Assembly: GCA_030059675.1 (NCBI GenBank)
Contig: JANVYQ010000002.1
Coordinates: 160,001 to 224,000, forward strand
DNA length: 64,000 nucleotides
Direction: 5' to 3'
Origin: Candidatus Pelearchaeum maunauluense
GTDB lineage: Archaea; Thermoproteota; Nitrososphaeria_A; Caldarchaeales; Caldarchaeaceae
Under the pieces are notes generated by a model. That model ran no database searches and had not been told where the DNA came from. It worked only from the letters and a program-made list of their open reading frames with translations. Position numbers and translations under genes: made by a program. Below are positions 1 to 9,216 of this stretch, one piece after another; position 1 is the stretch's first letter; every line of letters starts with the position of its first letter.

Positions 1-90
1 CTCTTCCCAGTTACAGCGGCCAGCGGTATCGCCTGATTCATGATGACTTAGAATATGCATGTAGAGAGATATAATAAACATTCACCATCA

Positions 91-909
91 TCATGCGGTT
101 GATGTGAGAAGCCTCGCCAGCTCCTCTAGGAGACGGCTGCCTGAAGCTGCAAGTATAGCATAGCGCTCGGTAGAGAGAAGATTTAGATCATCTAAACGAA
201 TATCCACGCAATCTGCTACTCCATGAGCCTTTTGTAAGATATATGCGGAGGGGACGAAGTCTAAGGGGCGCATTATACGTGGATAAGCTACGAATGCGTG
301 TAGCTTCCCCTCGGCCACCAGCAAGCTCTCCAGAATAGCAGAACCAAAGAAACGCACATTCTTAACCGAGTTTACCAGCTCTAACCCCTTATCGGGCTGT
401 TTCTTTAATATTCGGGGGTCAAATGCTATGAAAGACTCGTTGAGAGAAACATCTTCGCATACTCGTATAGGCTTGCCATTTTTTAAGGCATCATCTTCGG
501 CGGCCTTATATATTTCGCCAGACGAATAATTCACAACAACCGCAGCGATTATGTCGTGATAGGTGCTGCCTTTAGCTATTGCGAGGGCACCAGCAAAGAA
601 AGGGATTCCAACCATCGCATTATTACTGCCATCAACAGGGTCTATTATGACCAGATAATCGTGGTTATCCTCATTTCCTAGTATCCCACCCTCCTCTGTG
701 ACAAACGCAACGCTCCCTAGGCGGTCTGATAATGTGCTTATTATGGCGCGCTCGGCTTCTACATCAACGGCAAGTGAAACATCGCCGAAAAACCCGCGCG
801 AAAGCCGCCGCGAGGCCTCGCCAGAAGCCATAAGCTCCAGAACCCTACGCCTAGCATTAGATAACGCCGCCTCCGCCGCCTCCATTACACGCCGAGTTCC
901 CAGCTCCAT
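91..909 (-). CDS. suhB: Inositol monophosphatase / FBPase family protein
   Basis: TEE, IDPVDGS and FFGSA motifs; start trimmed to ATG at 909 (MELGTRR) from ORF 91..960. Confidence 0.85.
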   Translation of the reverse strand: MELGTRRVMEAAEAALSNARRRVLELMASGEASRRLSRGFFGDVSLAVDVEAERAIISTLSDRLGSVAFVTEEGGILGNEDNHDYLVIIDPVDGSNNAMVGIPFFAGALAIAKGSTYHDIIAAVVVNYSSGEIYKAAEDDALKNGKPIRVCEDVSLNESFIAFDPRILKKQPDKGLELVNSVKNVRFFGSAILESLLVAEGKLHAFVAYPRIMRPLDFVPSAYILQKAHGVADCVDIRLDDLNLLSTERYAILAASGSRLLEELARLLTSTA

Positions 910-956
910 ACCACCAAAACCACCATTAAACACTAACAGAGAATATAAGAACCCAT

Positions 957-1217
957 TCACTTTTTAGAACGCTCAATAACCCTCTTAGCCTTGGCAGTTA
1001 GAGCAGGCCACCTGCGCCTCAGCTCACTCTCCACCATCTTAGCAAGCTCATCACTAATACTATACCTAGGTACTACGCTCTTCCAGTAATTCAAGACGCA
1101 AGCAGCTAAAGGCGAGTAAAGAGCTAGCCTCGGCTGCTCTAATGCTCGTTTAGCTACCTCCCGAAGAACCCTTTCGTCAACCTTGGAGTTCTTACCTCGT
1201 TTCATGGGGTAAACCAT
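957..1217 (-). CDS. Small basic hypothetical protein, possibly ribbon-helix-helix-like DNA binder
   Basis: 86 aa ORF, K/R-rich, beta strand (RLALYSP) followed by predicted helices; fold is inference. Confidence 0.55.
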   Translation of the reverse strand: MVYPMKRGKNSKVDERVLREVAKRALEQPRLALYSPLAACVLNYWKSVVPRYSISDELAKMVESELRRRWPALTAKAKRVIERSKK

Positions 1218-1266
1218 AAACCATCTACATTTTATCTTTTAATCGCAGCAAGAGTGCGCAAATTGC

Positions 1267-1572
1267 ATGCGTACGAAAAATCGAATACCAACAACCCCGT
1301 GCAATAATGTTATTTCGCCTCTTATTGTATTTCACCACCAACCGAATAATCAGAGCCATAATAATTCAACACAAATTGAGTAAAACCGTATAAAATCAGC
1401 ACGACAGCCCATGAGGTATGGAGAAAAGCCCAAAATCAGGCTTTCCAAGTATGAAGCGTTACGAATCGGTTGGGGTGTCGGATACTTGCTTCGCTAATAC
1501 AATGACTAATGTAATCTTCCAATATAAAAAGGCGAGATAGCCTAGCTATTGCGTTCGATTTTTCGTATGCAT
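1267..1572. repeat. Nested imperfect inverted repeats in a long AT-rich intergenic region
   Basis: 1267-1285 atgcgtacgaaaaatcgaa matches the reverse complement of 1554-1572 at 18/19; inner arms ~1301-1331 vs ~1521-1552 and ~1333-1347 vs ~1465-1477. Confidence 0.75.
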
Positions 1573-1811
1573 ACTCTATGCTTTTACTGAATCAATTATT
1601 CTCTCCTACGGTTTTATGTTTTATCTAAAAAGGTTTACCTTATACTTTATTACAGCATGATAAAGATTGACGATTATTTTGGAGGATGAAAATAAACTAG
1701 AGCGAGACTTTGTCTCTGCCTTCTAAAGATAACCAACCACGAGCCTGTGGTGATGTTCTTTTTCTTGAAGTTCGGCGTTATGGATATATGGTGGTATTAT
1801 GTATAGTGGAT

Positions 1812-2258
1812 ATGATGCGTTCTGTTCCCGCTTCTGGAGTTTACGAGAAGGGGCGACTGGATTTAGGAGATGTTATAAATGCTGTTTTGGGCTTGGTTGG
1901 TGATGGTAGTGTAGGTGCTGTATCCTTCTTCCTAGGGGTTACTAAAAAAGCTGGACGCGGCAAGAGGGATGTGATGCTTCTCGAGATGGAGTCTTATGTT
2001 GAGCATGCCAACAAGGCTTTATCTAAAATCTGTGAAGAGACTAAAGAGAAATATGGCCTTACCTTCGTCGGAATATGGCACCTAATAGGGAGGTTTGAGC
2101 TAGGTGAGCCGATAGTTCTGGTGGCTGTAGCAGGTGTTTCGCGAGAAGGTGTTTTCCAAGGTCTCCGTGAGGCTGTCGAACGATATAAACGCGAACCAGC
2201 TCTCTTCAAAAAAGAAGTATATGTAGATGGAAGCTATACTTGGCTGGAGGGCGCTTGA
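1812..2258 (+). CDS. moaE: Molybdopterin synthase catalytic subunit
   Basis: GAVSFFLG, H-x-IG, IVLVAVAG and LFKKE motifs; adjacent to moaD; start trimmed to ATG 1812. Confidence 0.85.
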   Translation: MMRSVPASGVYEKGRLDLGDVINAVLGLVGDGSVGAVSFFLGVTKKAGRGKRDVMLLEMESYVEHANKALSKICEETKEKYGLTFVGIWHLIGRFELGEPIVLVAVAGVSREGVFQGLREAVERYKREPALFKKEVYVDGSYTWLEGA

Positions 2259-2552
2259 ATGAGAGTTGAAACAAGATTTTACGCCTTTCTGAGAGAGGCT
2301 ACTGGTGTTGAGCGTGATTTTTTCGAGCTGGAGGAAAAAGCTACTGTGGGCGACTTGCTTAGAGCTATTGCGGCAAGGTATGAGCGTTTAGCCGGCCTAG
2401 TCTTTGAAGAAGTGCCGCGTCTTAAGCGGGGATTTGCATTAGCTTTGAATGGAGAGAACATAGAGTTGGATAAGATGAATGAAATAAGGCTCAAAGAGGG
2501 GGATACCGTGGTTATACTCCCCCCCATAGCTGGAGGCTTATTTGTTAAATGA
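2259..2552 (+). CDS. moaD: MoaD/ThiS/SAMP ubiquitin-like sulfur carrier with a 4-residue extension after GG
   Basis: Beta-grasp pattern (FYAFLRE...LNG...LKEGDTVVILPPIAGG) followed by LFVK. Confidence 0.85.
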   Translation: MRVETRFYAFLREATGVERDFFELEEKATVGDLLRAIAARYERLAGLVFEEVPRLKRGFALALNGENIELDKMNEIRLKEGDTVVILPPIAGGLFVK

Positions 2553-3059
2553 AGGGAGACGAACTCCGCGCTGACCTTGGTACCTGCCCATATATGGCTT
2601 CTCAACAGGAGAAGAGAGGCGTGCGAAGACTACATGAAGGAAACGCTCCCCCGCATGGAGTCTGACTGGAAAGTCGCTCCCGACAAGCTCTATAGTGAGC
2701 TGGCCTTCAAAGTTCGCATCTATGATTGTTGGTGGTATCGTAAGACCTATACGTGCATAGCTACTCCTTAGATTTACGAATCCCATCAAATCCGTGGGAA
2801 GCTTCATATACTCAATCGTGTGTAGCAAAACATGTTCATGTGGTTTTATTATGAATGAGTCACCCTCCTCAAGTATATAGAAGCGTGTTATATCAGAGTT
2901 CCTTGTGTCCAACTCTTCGTTAGTTTGTCTAAACCTAGCCACACACCCACCTATGCGGAGGTCAAGACCATTCTCCCTAACTATCTCATCTTCAAAAGGC
3001 TCTATGACCAGGCGTTTGCTTCTTAGGTAGTTCCAGAGGTCAAAGTCCGAGAGTATCAT
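2538..3059 (-). CDS. dcd: dCTP deaminase
   Basis: MILSD, DLR, RSSYARIG, IDANFEGQLTIE and GRYQGQ motifs. Confidence 0.92.
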   Translation of the reverse strand: MILSDFDLWNYLRSKRLVIEPFEDEIVRENGLDLRIGGCVARFRQTNEELDTRNSDITRFYILEEGDSFIIKPHEHVLLHTIEYMKLPTDLMGFVNLRSSYARIGLTIPPTIIDANFEGQLTIELVGSDFPVRLHAGERFLHVVFARLSSPVEKPYMGRYQGQRGVRLPSFNK

Positions 3060-3098
3060 GCACCAACTACTCCCTCCATTATCGTTAATTGAGGCTTC

Positions 3099-3881
3099 TT
3101 ATAGCTCAATTATATCCATGTCCCTCGCCACGTGAATATCAGCTCCAGAGACTTCTGAAAGCTGTTCTACTAGTGTCTCTTCACGGCCCTCCCAAGCTGG
3201 GTAGAGATGAACTACAGCCACTCTCCTGGCCTTTATCTCTCCGAGAATTTCAGCAAGCTGTCTATCTGATGTATGTTTACCAAGCAGCGTTTCGTGTGGA
3301 AATGAGCATTCATGTATTAGGAGGTCGCAACCGCGCGCCAGCTCCACAAGCCTATTATCAGGTAGCGTATCCCCTGAGTAGACGATGCTCTTATCCTCTA
3401 TAACAACTTTATACGCTATACCATTATAGTGTTCAACCTCGGCTACTTCTACACTCCAGCCGTCGCGAAGAATCTTATCACCGTGGGATAGCTCGGTAAG
3501 CCTAAGGTAGTTGAAGCAGCGCATCATTCGTGAGATATAGCTAAACTCTGTGATATCCACTACTAAGTGTCTGACTAGCTTCTCAAGACCTTTGGGGCCG
3601 AGAATCTCCAGCACTTTTGGAGATAATGCTGGGAAGCCGTCGCGGCCATAGGCACGTGCTTTAATCAAAGGTAGCATATCCGATACATGGTCTACGTGGA
3701 AGTGGGTGATTAGGAGGGCGTTCAAGTCTTGCGGATATACTCCCACGCGGCGTAGCTTCTCTATGCATCCTGGCCCGCAGTCTAGTAGTAGCTTAATGTT
3801 ATTGGTTTCTATGAGGATGCCGCTGGCGAAACGCCTCTCTGTGGGGACTATGCTGCCAGTTCCGAGTAGGTATATCTTCAT
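3099..3881 (-). CDS. Metallo-beta-lactamase fold hydrolase (RNase Z/BN-like)
   Basis: LGTG, DCGPG, THFHVDH, YSGDT and HEC motifs. Confidence 0.8.
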   Translation of the reverse strand: MKIYLLGTGSIVPTERRFASGILIETNNIKLLLDCGPGCIEKLRRVGVYPQDLNALLITHFHVDHVSDMLPLIKARAYGRDGFPALSPKVLEILGPKGLEKLVRHLVVDITEFSYISRMMRCFNYLRLTELSHGDKILRDGWSVEVAEVEHYNGIAYKVVIEDKSIVYSGDTLPDNRLVELARGCDLLIHECSFPHETLLGKHTSDRQLAEILGEIKARRVAVVHLYPAWEGREETLVEQLSEVSGADIHVARDMDIIEL

Positions 3882-3887
3882 CCCAGC

Positions 3888-4415
3888 CTAGCTCCTCGCT
3901 ATAAAGACCATGTGGGGGAGTTCTTTTCCGAAGATTGTGAGCGCCGTCTCTACGGCGTCTGGGGAGCCTGGGAGAGCCATAATAACCTTACCATGAAAAA
4001 CGCCAGCTACTGCGCGCGTCATGGCGGCGGCCGCACCTATTCTCTTATAGCTCTCCAACCTGATAATCTCACCAAAACCATCCATACGCTTCTCCAAGAA
4101 AGGCTCCACAGCCTCTATGGTGACATCCCGCTTAGCCAGGCCTGTTCCACCATTAATAATAATCACGTCATAGTCTCTATTCAGGGCTTCAAGCAACGTA
4201 TGCCGAATCATAACGATATCATCATTCACAACCCCTAGATAATCCACACTATAACCAAGCTTCCTTAGTATATCTTGGGATTTCTCGCCTGTTTCATCTC
4301 TAAACTCTTCTCCGCGCTTTTTCTTCTCGTAACGCGATGTGCTGGCTGTGAAGATGGCTATCTTTAACTCCTTGGGGGCTTTATGTCTATGCTCTTCAGG
4401 AGCCTTCATCCTCAT
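3888..4415 (-). CDS. moaB: Molybdopterin adenylyltransferase MoaB/MogA
   Basis: GGTG...RDVT and LPGSP motifs. Confidence 0.9.
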   Translation of the reverse strand: MRMKAPEEHRHKAPKELKIAIFTASTSRYEKKKRGEEFRDETGEKSQDILRKLGYSVDYLGVVNDDIVMIRHTLLEALNRDYDVIIINGGTGLAKRDVTIEAVEPFLEKRMDGFGEIIRLESYKRIGAAAAMTRAVAGVFHGKVIMALPGSPDAVETALTIFGKELPHMVFIARS

Positions 4416-4848
4416 ACTTCACCTTCAACTCCACCCTAATCTCGGATATGCTTGTGCTGGGATACTGCCCCCTCTCGTCTTTTTCATATTGTTTTACCAC
4501 ATCCCAAATATTCAGTAAAGCAGTCGAAACTGCCATAAGAGCCTCCATTTCAACTCCCGTCTTCTCAGTAGCCACTACATGGGACCGAACCTCAACATAG
4601 TCCTCGCCTAGCTGCGTTGTTATATCTACTGCTTCCAGTCTTAGAGGATGGCATAATGGGAGGAGCTGGGGTGTCATCTTGGCCGCCATTATGCCAGCTA
4701 CGCGCGCCAACTGGAGCGCGTCACCCTTCTCCAGAGCGCCTTCACGTATTAGCTTGATTGTGCTGGGTCTAAGCTTTATAATCCCCTTAGCGAAGGCTTC
4801 GCGGCGAATAGGGCGTTTCCGCGAGATATCCACCTGCTTTATACTCAT
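4396..4848 (-). CDS. moaC: Cyclic pyranopterin monophosphate synthase
   Basis: KGDAL, LLPLCHP and TGVEMEAL motifs. Confidence 0.93.
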   Translation of the reverse strand: MSIKQVDISRKRPIRREAFAKGIIKLRPSTIKLIREGALEKGDALQLARVAGIMAAKMTPQLLPLCHPLRLEAVDITTQLGEDYVEVRSHVVATEKTGVEMEALMAVSTALLNIWDVVKQYEKDERGQYPSTSISEIRVELKVKYEDEGS

Positions 4849-4925
4849 ACCAAACAGAAAGAAGATGACGTGCTTACTTAAGTCTTATCTATTGTAATGA
4901 GAAAGGAGAAAATTATGGTTGGTGA

Positions 4926-5285
4926 GTGGGTTTGAGGGTCTGGAGAGCTGCGTCAAAGGATTGGCATGTGGTTAGTGAGGGAGTTAGGCGGAAGGTTTTA
5001 GGCACGTCTAACGACTGTATGATGGTTCTCTACGAGATAAAGGCGGGAGCAAACGTCCCTTTACATAGCCATCCTGAAGAGCAGTTGGGAATTATCATAG
5101 ACGGTAAAGGAGTATTCACCACCGAGAAGGGGGAGATAGAGGTTGTGGGTGGAGATTCTTACGTGATAGAGCCTAATGAGCGCCATGCATTCACGGCAAA
5201 ACAAGACTGCCTAGTTATTGATGTGTTTGTCCCACCTAGAAAGGACTTCGCAGATGAGGTTAGTCAAGCCGATGAGGAGGGCTAG
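4926..5285 (+). CDS. Cupin domain protein
   Basis: PLHSHPEEQ...H...DVFVPPR; true start may be TTG 4932, downstream of GGTGA. Confidence 0.85.
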   Translation: MGLRVWRAASKDWHVVSEGVRRKVLGTSNDCMMVLYEIKAGANVPLHSHPEEQLGIIIDGKGVFTTEKGEIEVVGGDSYVIEPNERHAFTAKQDCLVIDVFVPPRKDFADEVSQADEEG

Positions 5286-5698
5286 ACCCTCCTGCCCCTT
5301 CTACCACCTTTCTTACGCACACTATCATGCGGGATAGGCGTTACATCCTCTATCCTGCCTATCATAACGCCTAACCTGGCTATGGTTCTTATCGCAGCCT
5401 GCGTTGCTGGACCTGGTGTTATTGACTTCACTCCTCCAGGTGCTCTGACCCTTATATGCACAGCGTTTATCCCTGCTTGCTTAGCCTGCTCCATAGCATA
5501 AGCGGCTGCTCTCATACCCGCATAGGGAGTGGGCTCAAGCCTGCCAGCATCAACAAACATTCCACCACTAGCCCTAGCTATAGTCTCTGCTCCAGTAAGG
5601 TCTGTGACATGAACAATTATGTTATTGTAACTGCTGTAGATATGAACGACTCCCCATTTGAGCTTCGGCTGCTGTGCCTGTCCAGTCTCCTGGCTCAT
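5282..5698 (-). CDS. rps11: 30S ribosomal protein uS11
   Basis: [15 protein letters not shown] and [10 protein letters not shown]...GGRRGRRV. Confidence 0.97.
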   Translation of the reverse strand: MSQETGQAQQPKLKWGVVHIYSSYNNIIVHVTDLTGAETIARASGGMFVDAGRLEPTPYAGMRAAAYAMEQAKQAGINAVHIRVRAPGGVKSITPGPATQAAIRTIARLGVMIGRIEDVTPIPHDSVRKKGGRRGRRV

Positions 5699-5777
5699 TT
5701 CGCTGATAGGGCTATTCTAAACGGCTGTTATTAAGGCTAACCTGGCCTGGAGACCTAGCATTACCTTTATCAGCACG

Positions 5778-5801
5778 CTTAACCGTTGAAAGACGGTTAA
5801 G
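5778..5801. promoter_or_regulatory. Palindrome/hairpin just upstream of a Shine-Dalgarno motif
   Basis: cttaaccgtt-gaaa-gacggttaag: 9 perfect pairs plus T-G, GNRA loop. Confidence 0.5.
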
Positions 5802-5818
5802 AAAGGGTGAGTTGAGAG

Positions 5819-6454
5819 CTGCCTGTTTTCTTCACAATCCAACAAGCACAGCAGCTCATTCCATTCATAGAGTCCCGTATCATAAAGCTTCGTGAGAAAG
5901 TAGCAATAGCTCAACGCGAGCCGTATGAGGCTAGCGACTCACTCCGCGCGGAGATTAACAAGATACTTAAAGAGATTGAGGAGACTGGCTGTATCCTCCG
6001 AGACGTGGGCACGGGAATCGTGGATTTCCCAGCAATACGGCTTGGCCGCATAGTGAATCTCTGTTGGAGGATGGGGGAGAAAAGGATTAGATACTGGCAC
6101 GCAGTAGATGAGGGATATTTTTACCGCAAGCTCATAAAGCCAGAAGAGTTTTACGACGAAGAACAGATATTACAATATGTTATTACGTCACGCGAGCCGC
6201 TCATCGAAATAGATGAGACTGAAGAGACTAAGCACATAATCGTGGAGACGCGCGGCGTGCCTGAAGAGGAGGTTAAAGTTCAGCATAATGTAGGTTCTGT
6301 TGAAGTCTCTTGGAATTGGAGTGGATGGAGCTTTGCTAGGAGCTTTAGAATCGATAAAGACGCTATAGTAAGTGTGGTCAAGAACAATGGTATAGTGGAG
6401 GTAACAATCTCTAAGAACCAGCAGCCTCGGCTTTCACGGGAAGGGCGAGCCTAA
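5819..6454 (+). CDS. DUF2203-like domain fused to an Hsp20/alpha-crystallin-like domain; probable CTG start
   Basis: Frame of ORF 6005 is open back to TGA 5813 and reads FFTIQQAQQLIP...GIVDFP...LCWRMGE...YWH; C-terminus EPLIEI...NNGIVEV; GGTGA 5806-5810 precedes CTG 5819. Confidence 0.7.
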   Translation: MPVFFTIQQAQQLIPFIESRIIKLREKVAIAQREPYEASDSLRAEINKILKEIEETGCILRDVGTGIVDFPAIRLGRIVNLCWRMGEKRIRYWHAVDEGYFYRKLIKPEEFYDEEQILQYVITSREPLIEIDETEETKHIIVETRGVPEEEVKVQHNVGSVEVSWNWSGWSFARSFRIDKDAIVSVVKNNGIVEVTISKNQQPRLSREGRA

Positions 6455-6908
6455 TCTGCTCTTCCTCACCACGCATGACATGGTATCCTGGAGAACGTAC
6501 CTTCCTATCACCGACATAAACATGGCCATGGACTATGAACTGCCGCGCTTGGTAAGGAGTTCTAGCGAGCCCCATTCTATAAACCATGGTCTGGAGACGC
6601 CTCTCAAGGAAATCTCTAACCGTGAGTCTTAGCACGTCGTCAAGTATAGCTCCTTCTGGAAGGAGGCCTAGTCTATAGAGCTTTCCGAGCAGCTTGGCTT
6701 CTTCCTGCCTCCTGCGCTCACCTGTAATTATGAAGAGGGAGCGTGCCAGAGACCTGTATTTCCTAAGCTTGCTCGCAGCGCGCCATAGCTCGCGCTTATT
6801 CCGCAGCCCGTATTCGCCGACCAGCCTAAGCTCCTCGGCCAGAACCTCGGCTCTCCACGGGTGGCGTGGAGTCTCATACTTCTTCCGCTGCCTCTTCGGG
6901 TCTCCCAT
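6411..6908 (-). CDS. rps4: 30S ribosomal protein uS4
   Basis: MGDPKRQRKKYETPRHPW, YGLRNKRELW, ERRLQT and ARQFIVHGH. Confidence 0.97.
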   Translation of the reverse strand: MGDPKRQRKKYETPRHPWRAEVLAEELRLVGEYGLRNKRELWRAASKLRKYRSLARSLFIITGERRRQEEAKLLGKLYRLGLLPEGAILDDVLRLTVRDFLERRLQTMVYRMGLARTPYQARQFIVHGHVYVGDRKVRSPGYHVMRGEEEQIRLALPVKAEAAGS

Positions 6909-6958
6909 AGCCCTAATACCCTTAAGGTTGGCTTGGCAACCCGCCATATAAACGCAAG

Positions 6959-7888
6959 CTACCTAACTATGGCCTCTTCTATAGGGTTGAGAGCAGCGGC
7001 CACAGCCCCCATCAAGGGCGCTTTCTCGCCTAGTGGCGTGGGCATAATGATGGGAGGCCTATTGAGTATATAGCGCCTCAGATAGCGTACAGCCCAGTCT
7101 ATAACTAGGCTCGTGTTATTAAGCGCGACGCTACCGCCGATTGTCATAATCTCCGGGTCAAATGAGTTTATGACATTTGCAAAGCCAGCTGCGTTTATTT
7201 TAGCTACCTCTTCAAGAAGTTTGAGAGCCCTTTTATCTCTACGCCGCGCATCGGTAAAAAGCTGTTCAGGCTTTCTCCACTTCCTTGCGTATTTGCTTCC
7301 GAGGACAAGCCTCGCTAAACGTAGAAGTCCTCGCCCTGAACAGAATGATTCCCAGTGGCCATAGCCGCCGCATCCACATTTAACGTTATACTTGTAGTCC
7401 ACGACTGTGTGTCCAACTTCTGCGGCATTACCGTCCTTGCCTAGAAGGAGTGTGCCATCAACTATGGCGCCCCCACCTATACCCGTGCTTATAGTTACGT
7501 ATGCTATGTTGCGTGCTCCTCGGCCTGCTCCAAATATGCGTTCTCCGAGAACAGCGGCGTTGCAATCGTTAAGCATGACTATCAAACCGTCATGAACACG
7601 CTTCACGGCGTCACCTACGCTAACTCTAACCCCACCTATATTCGGCGCCCCCAGTATCATGCCATCCCTCGCAGATAACGGCCCAACCGAAGCTATACCG
7701 ACTGCGCGGAACTCTGAGACGCTTACCTCGGATTTGAGGATGTTTAAGCTGTTGGAGATTAGGCGCTGTATCTCATCCGCGTCGCGTGGTGTTGGGTATG
7801 TATGATATGCGAGAAGCTCTCCTGAAGGCCTAGCAGCGGCGACCCGCGTCCACGAGGCTCCTATATCAAGAGCGGCTACCAGCTCCAT
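6959..7888 (-). CDS. ROK family sugar kinase (glucokinase-like)
   Basis: LDIGAS, NDCNAA, STGIGGG, EVGH...CGCG..GHWE zinc motif. Confidence 0.88.
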   Translation of the reverse strand: MELVAALDIGASWTRVAAARPSGELLAYHTYPTPRDADEIQRLISNSLNILKSEVSVSEFRAVGIASVGPLSARDGMILGAPNIGGVRVSVGDAVKRVHDGLIVMLNDCNAAVLGERIFGAGRGARNIAYVTISTGIGGGAIVDGTLLLGKDGNAAEVGHTVVDYKYNVKCGCGGYGHWESFCSGRGLLRLARLVLGSKYARKWRKPEQLFTDARRRDKRALKLLEEVAKINAAGFANVINSFDPEIMTIGGSVALNNTSLVIDWAVRYLRRYILNRPPIIMPTPLGEKAPLMGAVAAALNPIEEAIVR

Positions 7889-7891
7889 GTC

Positions 7892-8620
7892 CTATCCACG
7901 TTCCCTATAAAGCTGCTCTAAAAGTGGTATCTCCCTAATCTTCCGCCGAGGAAGCAAATCCCATAGGATACCCAGCGGCCTATTTCTCTCTCCTTTAATG
8001 GCTATAGTTCGCGAGGGCGTGAATATTGCATCAACAGTAACATCGTAAGGCTCGCGCGGTATGCTTTCCACTATCTGAAGTTCATGTACGGTGGTGTGGA
8101 TTGGCGTGTCATCTGAAACCTTTCCAAATTCCCGTAGTATGCCATACTCAAGCTCGGCATATCCTTCACCCTTTCCGATTCTATCGCCGTCCTTACTTAC
8201 CGCGACCGAGCCTATGACTATGAGGTCTATATTTGGTAGCTCGCTGGGATGTGTCTTCCTGCCATAGGCGAATGCACCTTTTATAGTAGCGGCTTCCCTC
8301 AGCCCAATCCTAGGTATCTTGGATGGATGTATTAGGAGAAATCCATCACGCAGACGTGGTGTAGGCATTATGAGAATCTTATTATCCATTAAACAGCGTA
8401 GCCTGACCTCTCGTTGCGGCGAGTCTGGATTAACCTTCACAACACGAGCTGCTGCGTATTCTTTGGTGGAGCATAACTGAGCAGCAGCCCTCTCGGCGCC
8501 TTTAAAATTCGGAATCCTCCCCCTTACTGGTAGCGGAAATACGGCTACACTCTCCTCTTCCAACAGCCTCCACACATGCTCACGTATAGAGCGTTTAATT
8601 TCACGTGAATTATCATCCAT
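7892..8620 (-). CDS. 5-formyltetrahydrofolate cyclo-ligase family protein (COG0212-type)
   Basis: [27 protein letters not shown] and TTVH. Confidence 0.88.
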   Translation of the reverse strand: MDDNSREIKRSIREHVWRLLEEESVAVFPLPVRGRIPNFKGAERAAAQLCSTKEYAAARVVKVNPDSPQREVRLRCLMDNKILIMPTPRLRDGFLLIHPSKIPRIGLREAATIKGAFAYGRKTHPSELPNIDLIVIGSVAVSKDGDRIGKGEGYAELEYGILREFGKVSDDTPIHTTVHELQIVESIPREPYDVTVDAIFTPSRTIAIKGERNRPLGILWDLLPRRKIREIPLLEQLYRERG

Positions 8621-8694
8621 TCACTCCACACCCTCAGATAGATTATAGTCAAGATTGAGATTAACTTATTTCTCACCACATCACTATACCATGT

Positions 8695-9216
8695 ATGGAA
8701 TTCATCCAGGTTGTAGCTAGGCGCAGAATGGTTAGAGAATTTACAGACGAGCCGATTCCTAATGATGTTGTGATGCAGATTCTTGAAGTTGCACACCGCA
8801 GCCCTAGCGCTGGACATCTACAGCCTCAGGAGTTCATAATAGTTCGTAACGCTGAACAGAAACGAAAACTAGCACGCGCAGCTTTGAGCCAGATGTTCAT
8901 AGCCCAAGCGCCAGTTGTAATAGTGGTTTGCTCCGACACTAGGAGAAACGTCTGGCGCTATGGCAAGAGGGGGAGAGACTTCTACAGCATAATTGATGGT
9001 GCTTTTGCTTCCATGCTCATATTGCTCGCCTGTACGAATCTCGGATTGGGGGCATGTTTCGTTGGAGCGTTTGATGATGAAGAGGTATCGCGAGTCCTCA
9101 ACTTACCCTGTGAAGTGAGGCCAATAGGGATAATCCCAATAGGAAAATCAGCCAAAAAGCCTGAGAAGCTCGGCAGAAGACCCTTAAAAGAAATCATACA
9201 CTACGAGCAGTGGTAG
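8695..9216 (+). CDS. Nitroreductase family protein
   Basis: RR.VREF, SPSAGHLQP and LGLGACFVG. Confidence 0.9.
   Translation: MEFIQVVARRRMVREFTDEPIPNDVVMQILEVAHRSPSAGHLQPQEFIIVRNAEQKRKLARAALSQMFIAQAPVVIVVCSDTRRNVWRYGKRGRDFYSIIDGAFASMLILLACTNLGLGACFVGAFDDEEVSRVLNLPCEVRPIGIIPIGKSAKKPEKLGRRPLKEIIHYEQW

Noticed and set aside
1779-1807. dif-like site tatggatatat-ggtggta-ttatgtatagt
   Set aside because: Spacer is 7 nt, the left arm lacks the inner TAA, and it sits where the moaE promoter is expected.
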